DNA of 64,000 nucleotides from the NCBI GenBank assembly GCA_964588695.1, contig CAZPQK010000004.1, positions 226,304 through 290,303 of the forward strand, written 5' to 3'. A program made the translations under genes and the position numbers. Shown piece by piece: positions 1-11,688 of this stretch. This DNA is from an uncultured bacterium (lineage in GTDB: Bacteria > Krumholzibacteriota > Krumholzibacteriia > WVZY01 > JAKEHA01). The notes below the pieces were generated by a model, which had not been told where the DNA came from, did not search any database, and saw nothing but the letters and a program-made list of their open reading frames with translations. The first letter of the stretch is position 1. Each line of letters opens with the position of its first letter.

Positions 1-2
1 GG

Positions 3-254
3 AAGAAGGGGAAAGCCGACACCGTGGCCGCGATCCGCTATCGCGTTCAGGTGTCGATCGAGGCACACAACTCCAAGAACCTGGCGATTGCCGCGCACGC
101 AGATTGCGCGGGCAACCCCAAGTCGGACCGCGAGCAGCAAAAGGAAATCGCCGTCGCCGTTAACGAACTGCGTAAGACGTTTCCCGCGATGAAGGTGCTG
201 GGATTGTGGGTGGATAAAACCGGTCGCGTCACCGAAGTCTCGGTGGCGACTTAG
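3..254 (+). CDS. Putative carbonic anhydrase-like protein, C-terminal part (5' end outside window)
   Basis: Frame is open from the window edge; motif AIAAHADCAGNP followed by LGLWVD resembles small prokaryotic HxDCAGNP carbonic anhydrase-like proteins. Confidence 0.55.
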   Translation, partial: KKGKADTVAAIRYRVQVSIEAHNSKNLAIAAHADCAGNPKSDREQQKEIAVAVNELRKTFPAMKVLGLWVDKTGRVTEVSVAT

Positions 255-267
255 GGCGCTCTAACAG

Positions 268-951
268 TTAGCTCGTTTGCTCGCCTTTATACCCGCGCGG
301 CGCCTCAAGAAGACGACCTTGCGAACCAACGTGCGCCGCTCTTTTTGCAACACCTTCGGTGAGGTTCTGATCTACATCCTCATTGCCCCACTGGGCCCAG
401 TTTTTCCGTGCGAATCGAGCGAACAACTCAAGGTATGGTCCGGGTGAACAATCCTCAACCAAGTCGTAGATTTCATCTGGTTTGCGCGAGTGCTCCCGCT
501 TTCTGCTAGCCAGAAGGTTCACTTGGCGACGCCCAGGCGCAAGTGTTCTCATTGATCCCTTCACGCCGAACAGAATAAGTTCTGTAACGTTTCGGAAGTA
601 AAACCCAACACCACGACCGTCGGGGCCTCCATCCTTCCGGACCTTGAGCCAAACAAGATTCGACTTGTAGGTAAACCCCCAACTCTTCATAACGTCGAGC
701 CCCTCCTGCAACAAGGCATTCGGCACCCACAGATATAAATGCGCGGGCTCGTCGGCCAATTCACCAACCGGCAAACGTTTAATCTCGTCTAGAGTGAGCG
801 TGGGGTATCTGAGCAACCTTTTATGCTCTGGTGCAACCTTTCCTGTGCGGTTCTGGAACTGCCAGGGAGGATCAGCAAGTATCGTTTTGAACGACTCGGA
901 GAAACTACGTGTTAGATCCTCTGCGGCCGTCTTCCGATGTTCTGCCTTCAT
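268..951 (-). CDS. MT-A70 family adenine DNA methyltransferase
   Basis: Catalytic ADPPW, HLYLWVPN, REHSRKPDE and LELFAR motifs; ATG at 951 chosen (ORF track starts at TTG 957). Confidence 0.9.
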   Translation of the reverse strand: MKAEHRKTAAEDLTRSFSESFKTILADPPWQFQNRTGKVAPEHKRLLRYPTLTLDEIKRLPVGELADEPAHLYLWVPNALLQEGLDVMKSWGFTYKSNLVWLKVRKDGGPDGRGVGFYFRNVTELILFGVKGSMRTLAPGRRQVNLLASRKREHSRKPDEIYDLVEDCSPGPYLELFARFARKNWAQWGNEDVDQNLTEGVAKRAAHVGSQGRLLEAPRGYKGEQTS

Positions 952-978
952 GTGCAAATGAAAACAACTTCTGCGTGT

Positions 979-1704
979 TTACGCAACAACAATGTTGGCC
1001 GGAAGACCAATCAATAGTAGTGGACAAGGATTTCCCACACCTCGATCAACACGATCCGTCAGTTTTCGCCAGTGCGTTGTAGACTCTCCAAACTTGTCAC
1101 CAACGAATGCGTGAGACCAACCACCAGGGAAACTTGCTTCCCGTTTTACGGCCACTCCGATGTTTTTTTGCTGCCGTTGGGTTGGACTATAATATTCCTG
1201 TAGGTCTTCGAGAGAATTTATGCCGCGATCTTCGGCGAACTGGCGCACTAACTCGCGCAGGCGCGCTTGCAACGATTCGCCCCGCGTTATAATTGCACCG
1301 ACTGAGATCACACCGTCGGCATGCAACCGCTTGAAATTGTCAAGATCGCGGTCAAAAAAGGGATCCTTGTTATTCCACTCTATCTCTAGAGCAAAAGCTG
1401 AAGCGCCGAACGTCTTTACATGATCCACCTCGTGGCTGATGGATTCCGTCTCCACCCCATCCACGATTCTGCGGATTTCAAACTTGTGCTTTGGCCACCC
1501 GAGTCTAGTAAGTCCCGACCGGAGCCGCTGTGTGAAGGGGGCCTCCCCTCCGCCGCCGCGAACGAGCTCTTCGATTGGGATTTCGGCTGCGGAAAGAACG
1601 GCCTCAAGGTCAACAAGAGCCTGTGGCATGTCGTGCTCAAGAATGGCTTCCGCGTGGTGGAGCGCGGTGACGTCAAACTGTTTTTGCCTAAGGACTTCCA
1701 GCAT
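979..1704 (-). CDS. BglII/BstYI-family type II restriction endonuclease
   Basis: HEVDHVK...ALEIEWNNKDPFFDRDL nuclease-like motif; sits next to the MTase; its ATG directly follows the gyrB stop. Confidence 0.75.
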   Translation of the reverse strand: MLEVLRQKQFDVTALHHAEAILEHDMPQALVDLEAVLSAAEIPIEELVRGGGGEAPFTQRLRSGLTRLGWPKHKFEIRRIVDGVETESISHEVDHVKTFGASAFALEIEWNNKDPFFDRDLDNFKRLHADGVISVGAIITRGESLQARLRELVRQFAEDRGINSLEDLQEYYSPTQRQQKNIGVAVKREASFPGGWSHAFVGDKFGESTTHWRKLTDRVDRGVGNPCPLLLIGLPANIVVA

Positions 1705-3636
<1,932 letters not shown>

Positions 3637-3648
3637 TTAAGAGTAAGT

Positions 3649-3954
3649 CTAATCGTACTCGCGCGCGCTGAAATGAATTCGACTGAGTTTCACGCCAGGC
3701 GCCTTTTTGCGCAAGCGTTGAAGCAGCTCTCGCTCCATGAAATGCAACTCTTGCATCCACGCACCGGGCTCGGCGCGAACGTACAAAACGCCTTCGTGGA
3801 TTCGGGTCGCTTCGCTCCGGGCGGCAATCTCCTCGCCGACCACCTCGGGCCACAATGTCAGAATGGTCTGTTCCTTGAATTTTTGGTCGAGACCTAGACG
3901 GCTGAGAACGGAGGGAAGAACGTCCCCTAAGGGCTTATAGGAACGGCCTGCCAT
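3649..3954 (-). CDS. dciA: DUF721/DciA-family protein (helicase-loading accessory)
   Basis: W..VVG..IAARSEA...GVLYV...AWMQEL pattern; located just upstream of gyrB; ATG 3954 has a GAGG RBS. Confidence 0.85.
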   Translation of the reverse strand: MAGRSYKPLGDVLPSVLSRLGLDQKFKEQTILTLWPEVVGEEIAARSEATRIHEGVLYVRAEPGAWMQELHFMERELLQRLRKKAPGVKLSRIHFSAREYD

Positions 3955-4151
3955 ACCCTCATAATGTAACGCTTGGAGCAACATTTTTGAAGTCATTTTT
4001 AAGGCCAGCGGCGCCCGCAAGCCTTTGTTGTTGCTATAGTTACGGGTGGCGCCGGTGGGTCGTGGCCGTCATTCCCCCAACCTGCTAGACTGCGGGCTAG
4101 GCAAGGGCCAAGGTTGGTGTTTCTGCAGCGCTGAAACCAAGGGGGAGTCCC

Positions 4152-6665
4152 ATGAGAACCGTGGCCGGACACGCGTTGGCGACGCTTATCGCCAGCGCGA
4201 CTTTGTTGTTTTCTACACCCATCCTCGCCAGCGACGCTGCCCAGCGTCAGTCGCGCGAAGTTATAAAGTCCTCATACCAGCAAACCCATTTGGCAATCGC
4301 AATGGGTGGCGCGGTTTCGTTGGGTTCGTTTGAAGCCGGCATCCTCGCGGAAATGACCAGGCGACTTGAGGCCCACAATCGTAGCGGCGAAAGTCCGCGC
4401 TACGTTATCGACGTGCTCGCGGGCGCATCGGCCGGAAGCATGAGCCTGGCGATGATGGCTAACGAACTCTACGATCCCAGTTGGGACGTCGCGAGTCCGG
4501 AATACGCTGACACCTGCGTTTACTTTCAGGCGTGGGTTACCAAGATTAAAGCGTTGGGGCTGATTCGCGGCGACCGCGAAGTAAAGCTTCACGATGATCC
4601 GTTCATTTTTGACGAGAACGACCTCTACACGATCTCCAACGAGTCGCTAAAAAGTACGCTTAAGCTAAAGCGCGACATTAAAGACTACAAAAGCAAACTA
4701 ATCGAGTCGGCTGACCATCCGGCAACCGAACCGCCGCTGCTTCCCGGCAATCGCGGTAATACCAGACTAAGCCTGGCACCCGAAACCATGGCTATCGGTA
4801 TGACGCTTTCGGCAATGGAAGGCCTCACTCGCGGCGTGTCGTTTCAGGGGAGCGGGCAGACGATGCTGTTGGAACAACCGTTCTTTGATGACCGCCGACG
4901 ATTCGTGTTGAACGGGTACGGACGGCGGCTTTCGTTAATGCTTGGTACTGGTCTCGACGTTAACTGGAACGACGTGGCGTTGACGTCGATTGCCTCCGGC
5001 GCGTTTCCGTTTGCGTTCGAGCCGGTTCGGCTTCGACGCCACCGAAGCGAGTACGAATACCCGCCTCGCGAATTTGACAACGGGACCGAGTTTCACACCT
5101 ACACGTATGTCGACGGTGGTTTCTTTGACAACGACCCGCTGCAGCTGGCCCGTTCGATGGCCACGGAAGTTGACCGAAGCACGCAAGAGGGGCCGGCGGG
5201 GCTCTACCAACCCAATCGCGAGCGCTTGTTCATCTACCTGGCACCGCAGGTAGCGGTCACGACCACCGAAAAGGCTGTGGCGGAAACGTACGTCGACGAC
5301 ATCAAGACTTACGGGAATCGCATTGCGAAAATGGCGGTTACGACGGCGCGCAGCCAGGGCTATCGACGCTACATCGACGAGAACGACAATAACCACGCGC
5401 GAGTGCGCGAGCTTGCCCGCGAGATTCGCGCGCTAAGCGACAGCACAGAAGTCGAAGACATGCTACGCGCGTTGGTGTTTATGGGTTCGGCGGGCGTAGA
5501 GTCGCACAACATTCCGCTGTTGCGTCGACTCGCGGACTACGCACGCGACGAGTTGCCGCGGCAGCCACGCTATTGGGACGGTCTCCCCGCCGAAGTAAAA
5601 CGTCGGGTCGACTTGCGTCAGGACTGGGGCAGCGACCTTGATATCGCCAATTGGCTTCGCGACGAAGCGCCGAGTGCGCATCGACAACTGTACGTTCAGT
5701 TGTTTGAACTGCGCGACCTTACAGCAACCAACAACTTCGTTTTAATTACCTCAGGCAACGGCGACCAGCTACGACCGCTCGGTCGCCATTGGTTTAGTTT
5801 CGGCGGTTTCTTTAACAAAAAGATCCGCGCGTTCGACTACATGCTTGGACGTTACTACGCCCAAAAGACGCTCCGTAACGACTTGGGCCTGACTTTTACC
5901 GACACCATCACCGCTGCCGAAATTCATGAGGCGCGCGAGCCGTTCGCGCAACTCGATCAGTCGGGAGCTTTGGCGCTGCACTTTGACCCCGATTCTGGCG
6001 AGCGAGTGCAGTTCCGCGACGCCGCAGAAGACCGCTTGCGTGCTTACGTAAAACACGCTGGCGTTCCCCGGCTCGCTCGTGGAACCGCGTACTCGATGGG
6101 TAATCGCTGGCTGGACAATCAAATCTATCATTACCCGCGCAGTTTGTTGCTTCGTGGCAACGTCGGTTGGGACAAGTGGAGGTCATCGTCGCTTGCGTTT
6201 GATGTCGACGTTCGTCCGGCGCTGGCCAAACCGCCTTTACTGGGTTGGTTTTTTGGGTGGCTGTGGAGCGAAGACGCTTATGACCAGTCTTTTCGCGGAC
6301 CAGATGGAAACCCGCGGTCAGTTTGGGCACAGTTGTTCGTGACCAACGAGTGGGGCCACTGGCAACCCAATGACTGGTGGTACCTGGATACCGGTCTGGC
6401 GCTACACGTGCACTGGCGGGTTGCCAGTTGGATCGCCCCACGCTTTGTGGTCGACATGGGCGTCCGTAGTCGTCACGACCACGATGTCAAGTTCGACTGG
6501 AACAGCGCCAGGTACTCTGGCGTAGGCGTGGACATCGGCGCGTTGCATCTGGGACTACGCCACCAGGGCGAAAACGCGTTCGACTTTAGTTCGCCGTCAA
6601 TATTTCGGGTCGGGTTTTCGGTTGTGCCGCGCACCGTAGCGAGGTCGCTGGCCGCATACTTCTAA
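4152..6665 (+). CDS. Secreted patatin-like phospholipase with a beta-strand-rich C-terminal region
   Basis: Signal peptide; MGGAVSLGSFEAG, GASAG nucleophile elbow, YVDGGFFDN; GGGGAG RBS upstream. Confidence 0.8.
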   Translation: MRTVAGHALATLIASATLLFSTPILASDAAQRQSREVIKSSYQQTHLAIAMGGAVSLGSFEAGILAEMTRRLEAHNRSGESPRYVIDVLAGASAGSMSLAMMANELYDPSWDVASPEYADTCVYFQAWVTKIKALGLIRGDREVKLHDDPFIFDENDLYTISNESLKSTLKLKRDIKDYKSKLIESADHPATEPPLLPGNRGNTRLSLAPETMAIGMTLSAMEGLTRGVSFQGSGQTMLLEQPFFDDRRRFVLNGYGRRLSLMLGTGLDVNWNDVALTSIASGAFPFAFEPVRLRRHRSEYEYPPREFDNGTEFHTYTYVDGGFFDNDPLQLARSMATEVDRSTQEGPAGLYQPNRERLFIYLAPQVAVTTTEKAVAETYVDDIKTYGNRIAKMAVTTARSQGYRRYIDENDNNHARVRELAREIRALSDSTEVEDMLRALVFMGSAGVESHNIPLLRRLADYARDELPRQPRYWDGLPAEVKRRVDLRQDWGSDLDIANWLRDEAPSAHRQLYVQLFELRDLTATNNFVLITSGNGDQLRPLGRHWFSFGGFFNKKIRAFDYMLGRYYAQKTLRNDLGLTFTDTITAAEIHEAREPFAQLDQSGALALHFDPDSGERVQFRDAAEDRLRAYVKHAGVPRLARGTAYSMGNRWLDNQIYHYPRSLLLRGNVGWDKWRSSSLAFDVDVRPALAKPPLLGWFFGWLWSEDAYDQSFRGPDGNPRSVWAQLFVTNEWGHWQPNDWWYLDTGLALHVHWRVASWIAPRFVVDMGVRSRHDHDVKFDWNSARYSGVGVDIGALHLGLRHQGENAFDFSSPSIFRVGFSVVPRTVARSLAAYF

Positions 6666-6672
6666 GCGGTGT

Positions 6673-7560
6673 CTACTTAATGAAAGAGTAGATACCTTTG
6701 GCCAGAATCTCGCGGCGAGCACTAACGTCGGCACCGGTGTAGTCGGCGGGTGCACCGGTGGTCTTGTTGGTGTCAAAGATAACGGGCTGTCCGTCTTTAA
6801 CAATGTAGTCGAACTTACCGTAGTCAAAACCCAACTGCTTGCGAATGTTGAACAGTTCGGGGTGCGGGTCTTCGTTCCACTCGTTAAACGTGTCGTCTCC
6901 GGCCACGATCGGCGACTTTGCGGCCATGTGGAATCCGTAGTGCTGGTCGCCCAAAAAGTGGAAGTTGTGAACCACGTAGTTGCCTTCGTCGTCCTGCTCG
7001 GTCACCAGTTTTTCCACGACCAATGTGTCGTCGTCAAAGTATTCCGCGGGAACATCGTCTACGTGCTCAAACATCAGATACTGCGCCTGATCGGCAAACG
7101 TCACCGTGGACGCGTTCAGATGAGGGTACCCGCCCATCATCGCTTCCAACTTGCGCCGAATCTTGCCCGTGTTCTTCCAACGAATCTCTTCGTAAAAGCG
7201 CTCGGGCTTGCCCGCATAGTTGTAGTTGGACTTAACAATCACCGGTCCGGTGTAGCCATTTCCCCGGCTGACTTGTAGTTGGCTGGTAGACGACTTGCGC
7301 ACGTCGGTCACGCCGCGGTTTAGCGCAACGGGAAACCGGTCGGCAAACTCTAGATACTTGTCGGGAACGACTGAGAGGTTCACGTGCACGACGGCCAGGT
7401 CGGCGCTCACCGACTCATCGACTCCAAACACGTCCACTACGTCCAACCCGTCACGACGCCAAAACTCGGCGATGTGCGTAATTTTGAACCGGCGCACGGT
7501 TTGCGGCGACTCGTTTTCGTGATGGATTATGGCGATTCGTGCGTTCATCGGTTTAACCAT
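6673..7560 (-). CDS. ATP-grasp-like hypothetical protein
   Basis: PVIVKSNYNYAG, LVVEKL and FDYGKFDY..DG.PVIFDTNKT resemble ATP-grasp motifs; start uncertain (7620, 7560 or 7548). Confidence 0.55.
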   Translation of the reverse strand: MVKPMNARIAIIHHENESPQTVRRFKITHIAEFWRRDGLDVVDVFGVDESVSADLAVVHVNLSVVPDKYLEFADRFPVALNRGVTDVRKSSTSQLQVSRGNGYTGPVIVKSNYNYAGKPERFYEEIRWKNTGKIRRKLEAMMGGYPHLNASTVTFADQAQYLMFEHVDDVPAEYFDDDTLVVEKLVTEQDDEGNYVVHNFHFLGDQHYGFHMAAKSPIVAGDDTFNEWNEDPHPELFNIRKQLGFDYGKFDYIVKDGQPVIFDTNKTTGAPADYTGADVSARREILAKGIYSFIK

Positions 7561-7810
7561 GGTTTCCGATTCTTCAGTGCAAGGAACAGGCCGCCCTGCC
7601 TGAAAACTAAACCCGAACACGCGCGCCGTGCACGGTCTTTTTTGAACGTTGATGCGTTACGGCAACGCCTTTCTTTGCAATGCGTTGGGGTTTCGCGGGC
7701 GCCCCGGCGTTAGTCTTACTGTCGCATCTGCCAGCGACGGAGCCCCCGCCGAACCCTTTTTTGCGGCGTCGGTAAGGCATTTTTGGGGATTATCCACCAC
7801 AATGGGTAAG

Positions 7811-7843
7811 CAAAAACCCACAGCTTAACGCTGTGGGCTTTTG
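7811..7843 (-). terminator. Intrinsic terminator downstream of the PA-domain peptidase gene
   Basis: On the minus strand CCCACAGC-gttaa-GCTGTGGG followed by TTTTT. Confidence 0.7.
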
Positions 7844-7876
7844 ACGTGAGGCTCGAAAAAGGCGGTGCGAATGGTG

Positions 7877-9544
7877 CTATTTGATCATCACGATTTTCAT
7901 CGTTTTGACATCCACCTCACCCGCGAGTTGTACAAAGTACACGCCCGATGAGGCCCGTTGGCCATCCGCATCCATCCCGTCCCAGGTAACGCTGCCTGCA
8001 CCCGCGGGCCGGGCGCCGGCGACGAGGGTCCGCACCAGTTTTCCGCTCACATCGTAAACACGCAGGCGGATATTCTGAGCGGCGGTCAACTCGTAGTTGA
8101 TCGTCGTCGTCGGATTGAATGGGTTCGGGTAGCTGCTAAGTGCCGACTTCGGCGCCGGCGCCGAGCCATCGGGAATAGCCGTCGGCAGCACCAACCAACC
8201 AAGATCGGCAAAGTGAGCCAGCGTCAGGTCGACACTCGACGAAAGGTTGCTATTGATCGCCGGCTCCATTAACAGGTTGGGAAACGCCGAAACGTCCCAG
8301 TGGGATACCGACGAACCGCCTTCGAACGGATTCGGCGTGTAAATAAGCGGTCGGCCCAGCGCATCGGCACCCGCGAGCTCTGACGGATCTTCCTTGATGG
8401 TTAGGTTCACCCCGCCACCGAGTTCGGCTTTGATCAAATCGCCGTCCGCCTGACTAACACTCACCACCGGAATGGTCACGGTCGGGTCGGTACCACCTAG
8501 CGTGATCGCACCGGTCGCCTGATTGTTCGCGATGATTACCGCGATCGCGCCAGCGGCTTGCGCGTTAAGGGCTTTGCTAACAAACGTACAGCTTCCGCGA
8601 TCGATCAGAGCAATCTTCCCGGAGACATCGTTGGTTATTGCCTCACAGCCATCGGTAGCGGTGCCGGTACCGTCGTCGACCAAAACCACATCGCCGGTAA
8701 CACCGGCTACGTCCGGTGCCGGTCCGAAGTTGGCGAGGCCTACGGTAATTTCGCCAGGCAATGTGCCGGGGCTGTTTACGCAAATCTTGGGCGTCCCGCC
8801 CAGAAAGTTCGGGACCTGCGCGACCGCATTGGCGCCAATAAACGCGACATTGCCCGTGTTGGTCAACGACGTGAGGCGCTGGCCGTTGGACATGGCGGTG
8901 TAGGCAAGGCCTTGGGTGTTGTCGAACAGAAACTGCGAGTATACGTCGGGCGAACCCGCAAAGAATGCCCCCGTTCCCGAACTAATAAACTCGCTAAACC
9001 CAAGCCCGTGACCCATTTCGTGCAACACGACCGGCAACAGTTCAACATCACTACCTTCGTTGCCGTCAAGTCCGTAGTACCAGTTCGACGAAAGGCAATT
9101 GGGGTTGTTGTCAATGCTGCTGTTGAAAGTAATGTTGATATCGTTGGTCGCCGCCAGGTCGGTGTCGGCCAGCTTGTTGGCAAGCGCTACGTGATACCAG
9201 GTGTTGGCAAACGGCGCGTTGGGAAAGTCGCGGAAAATCTCGATCGGGCCAGCGCTACCGAGCACGGCGCTGGTCGCCGTGCAAGTTTGTGGATTGAACT
9301 GCGCTTGCACCCGAATCTCGACGTTGCTGGGCAACAGTCCACCCCAAATGTCTGCGGCTTCCTGAAACACATTGAGCCGCTGCTGTCCAATCGTCGTTCC
9401 GGGGTTGCCCCCGACCGGTGTCGCCGGCGTGGGATCGTTAAACCCTTCGCCAGCGCCGTCTTGATTAACAATCGTGATCGTTGCAGCGTCGGCCGCAACG
9501 GCAACTGTCAGCAAAAGCAAACTCGTCAATAGCATGCGCTTCAT
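7877..9544 (-). CDS. Secreted zinc metallopeptidase with PA domain and C-terminal FlgD-Ig/T9SS-like domain
   Basis: Signal peptide; HEMGHGLG zinc motif; PA domain (IALIDRGSCTFVSKALNAQAAGA); YPNPFNP...VYDVSGKLVRTL...SGVYF tail. Confidence 0.85.
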   Translation of the reverse strand: MKRMLLTSLLLLTVAVAADAATITIVNQDGAGEGFNDPTPATPVGGNPGTTIGQQRLNVFQEAADIWGGLLPSNVEIRVQAQFNPQTCTATSAVLGSAGPIEIFRDFPNAPFANTWYHVALANKLADTDLAATNDINITFNSSIDNNPNCLSSNWYYGLDGNEGSDVELLPVVLHEMGHGLGFSEFISSGTGAFFAGSPDVYSQFLFDNTQGLAYTAMSNGQRLTSLTNTGNVAFIGANAVAQVPNFLGGTPKICVNSPGTLPGEITVGLANFGPAPDVAGVTGDVVLVDDGTGTATDGCEAITNDVSGKIALIDRGSCTFVSKALNAQAAGAIAVIIANNQATGAITLGGTDPTVTIPVVSVSQADGDLIKAELGGGVNLTIKEDPSELAGADALGRPLIYTPNPFEGGSSVSHWDVSAFPNLLMEPAINSNLSSSVDLTLAHFADLGWLVLPTAIPDGSAPAPKSALSSYPNPFNPTTTINYELTAAQNIRLRVYDVSGKLVRTLVAGARPAGAGSVTWDGMDADGQRASSGVYFVQLAGEVDVKTMKIVMIK

Positions 9545-10012
9545 TTACTCCACCTCCGCTTCCGGCGTGGTGTGTTTACCGCACAGCGCAGCGTCGGCGC
9601 CTTCGTGCGTGTGCGTGCACGAAACCACAACGCCATCTTTGCCCTCGTAAGCCATCGACGCGTGCTGATAGCGCCCGTCAAGGTTTACCGAAACCATGCC
9701 ATTGGCATGGTAGACCGGCTTGAGTCCAGTGTCGTCGCGTCGCAAGGCGTTGCGAGTTGCGGTGTCGAGTTCGGCAATCGGCCGACTTGTCACTTCCAAC
9801 TCGCCGGTCTCGGGGTTTTGATACGCCTTCATCCCGGCGTGTCCGGGTGGCAGAACCGTATCGGTCGCCACCGGCTGGTTGTGGTCGCCGGTGATTAGCG
9901 CAAGGGCGGCGGTGGCCAGCACCGCTGTGAGCGCGATAACGAAGAGGCCTGCGCGTGTGCGCAATCTTTTGGTCGGATTCATCGGATGAAACCTCCTGGT
10001 GTGGGTGGGCAT
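9545..10012 (-). CDS. Small exported protein resembling post-PEP-CTERM-1 domain proteins
   Basis: N-terminal hydrophobic helix; AYQNPETGEL...NGMVSVNLDGRY pattern; stop directly adjacent to the peptidase ATG; alternative start 9982. Confidence 0.55.
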   Translation of the reverse strand: MPTHTRRFHPMNPTKRLRTRAGLFVIALTAVLATAALALITGDHNQPVATDTVLPPGHAGMKAYQNPETGELEVTSRPIAELDTATRNALRRDDTGLKPVYHANGMVSVNLDGRYQHASMAYEGKDGVVVSCTHTHEGADAALCGKHTTPEAEVE

Positions 10013-10139
10013 GCGAGTTTGTGCGGGACAGGTTAGTCTAACATATCATTAATGGTGCTAGCGGGACGACTGGTCGCCACCAACGCGAAAACCCACCGCA
10101 GTGCGATGGGCTTTCGTGTGTAGCTTTGTGCAGTTTATG

Positions 10140-10694
10140 CTAGTTGCTTGGCGGCCAGGTGGACTTGCGAACCTTAGGCCGCGGCTTGCGTTCTTTTTCT
10201 GGCTCAGGCTGAATAAGCCCCGCCATGATCGCCATCTCGCGCGCCACTTCGGCGACTACTTCGGGAACCTCGGGCGGCGTCGCGCCTTCAAAGTCGTAAC
10301 GAAACTGCGCCAACACGCCAAACGACCGCGCGTCGAACACTTTTACGTACAACGTTCTGTCTCCGCGCCGCGCGCCAGTGGCTTGCGTGCGGACAAACTC
10401 GCCGCTCACGAACGCTTCGACATCGTTGTCAACGGCGTACTCTCGTAGCACGTCGACATCGATATCGCCAAATCGCATACCCGGATAATACTCCTGATGC
10501 GAAAACTCGCGGAGCGAGAAACCAACTTCGGTGAGATAGAAAGACAGGTGGGCGCCCACGTCTCGATGTGTGCCCGCGATGGCAAGCTGTGTCGGCAATG
10601 CACCCGTGTCCGCACTGCGCACCGCTTGAATTTTAGGGGTCAGGCAACCAGGGACCAGGGGAATTAGCAGAAGCAGCGATAGCAAACGCTTCAT
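10140..10694 (-). CDS. Hypothetical lipoprotein
   Basis: MKRLLSLLLLIPLVPGC lipobox; RBS present. Confidence 0.65.
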   Translation of the reverse strand: MKRLLSLLLLIPLVPGCLTPKIQAVRSADTGALPTQLAIAGTHRDVGAHLSFYLTEVGFSLREFSHQEYYPGMRFGDIDVDVLREYAVDNDVEAFVSGEFVRTQATGARRGDRTLYVKVFDARSFGVLAQFRYDFEGATPPEVPEVVAEVAREMAIMAGLIQPEPEKERKPRPKVRKSTWPPSN

Positions 10695-10718
10695 GATTGG
10701 CCTCCTCGGGGTCGTTTT

Positions 10719-10970
10719 CTAACCGAACAGATCCCACACCACCATGATGGTACCCCCGAGGATCATAACTAATGATACTACCATTGGTACGCCCATTAGT
10801 TGCTTTTGTTGCAAACGAATGTTCCACGCAAGCCCAAGCCCCGCGATGATGCTTCCCAGCGGGCCCATGCTAACGCCAGCGGTGGCGATTTCATATGCGC
10901 CCTTGATGATGAAAAACGCCACCACAACCCACAGGAAGGCGGGGTTTTTTTGCTGGGTTTGCTGGGTCAT
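10719..10970 (-). CDS. Small hypothetical membrane protein
   Basis: About three hydrophobic segments; ATG 10970 has an AAAGG RBS and lies downstream of the alkylation-repair gene. Confidence 0.55.
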   Translation of the reverse strand: MTQQTQQKNPAFLWVVVAFFIIKGAYEIATAGVSMGPLGSIIAGLGLAWNIRLQQKQLMGVPMVVSLVMILGGTIMVVWDLFG

Positions 10971-10995
10971 CTGGACGCCTTTCGTTGGGTTTAGA

Positions 10996-11688
10996 CTATC
11001 GCGCTTTTGCCTTGGTCTTTTTCTTGGCCCGGTGAGCTTTGGTTTTGGCGATGTATGCAATTGCGTCCGGTGTCTTGCAACTGGTTTCTCCGTGATCCAC
11101 CTCGACCTTGCCGATTCGCTTAGCGGCCGCGACCGCCTTTTTCTCTAGCGCGGCGTTGCGAACTCCGATGGAGATTAACGCATTGTTCATGGAGTGGCGA
11201 ACCCGGTTCTTCGCTTTGTGGATTTTGGTCTCTATCGTTTTCAGATACGACTCCAGTTGGGCGTCAGCAACGTCGGCGCGCGAAGCCGACCGCGCCACCA
11301 AATCCCATCCCGCCTGTCCAACGAACTCGGCCGCCGCCTTGGACCATTTTTTTTCTTTGGCCGGCGCGTGCTTGCTACGCGCCACCATTTCGGCAAACGC
11401 GTCGGTAATGACGTAGTTGTCGAGCTCTTTCGCCCACGCGTCCAGTTCGGCACTCTTTAGCTGGTCGGGGTCGGCGATCATGCACGCAAGTATGCGCGCG
11501 TCATGATTGCCCGTTTGCCAGAGCCTGGTCGCCAGTTCGTGGTCTAGTTTGATTTGCTTTTTGAGTTTGTTCAGCTCGGCAAAACTAACTCCGAACTGCT
11601 CACCCGAAACGCCGTGACGAGCGTAGACTTTGCGGTTCTGTGCGGTTCCTGCGGCTTTGAGTTTCTTTATGGTTTCGGAATAGGTCAT
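10996..11688 (-). CDS. DNA alkylation repair protein (AlkD-like HEAT-repeat family)
   Basis: QFGV...L.KL.KQIK.DHELA..LWQTGNHDAR.LA pattern; 4-nt overlap with the kinase stop. Confidence 0.8.
   Translation of the reverse strand: MTYSETIKKLKAAGTAQNRKVYARHGVSGEQFGVSFAELNKLKKQIKLDHELATRLWQTGNHDARILACMIADPDQLKSAELDAWAKELDNYVITDAFAEMVARSKHAPAKEKKWSKAAAEFVGQAGWDLVARSASRADVADAQLESYLKTIETKIHKAKNRVRHSMNNALISIGVRNAALEKKAVAAAKRIGKVEVDHGETSCKTPDAIAYIAKTKAHRAKKKTKAKAR

Noticed and set aside
8558-9532. Long antisense or alternative-frame ORFs (e.g. 8558-9532 +, 23554-24273 -, 13503-14213 +, 50751-51497 +)
   Set aside because: They shadow well-supported genes on the other strand and have no recognisable motifs; expected in GC-rich DNA
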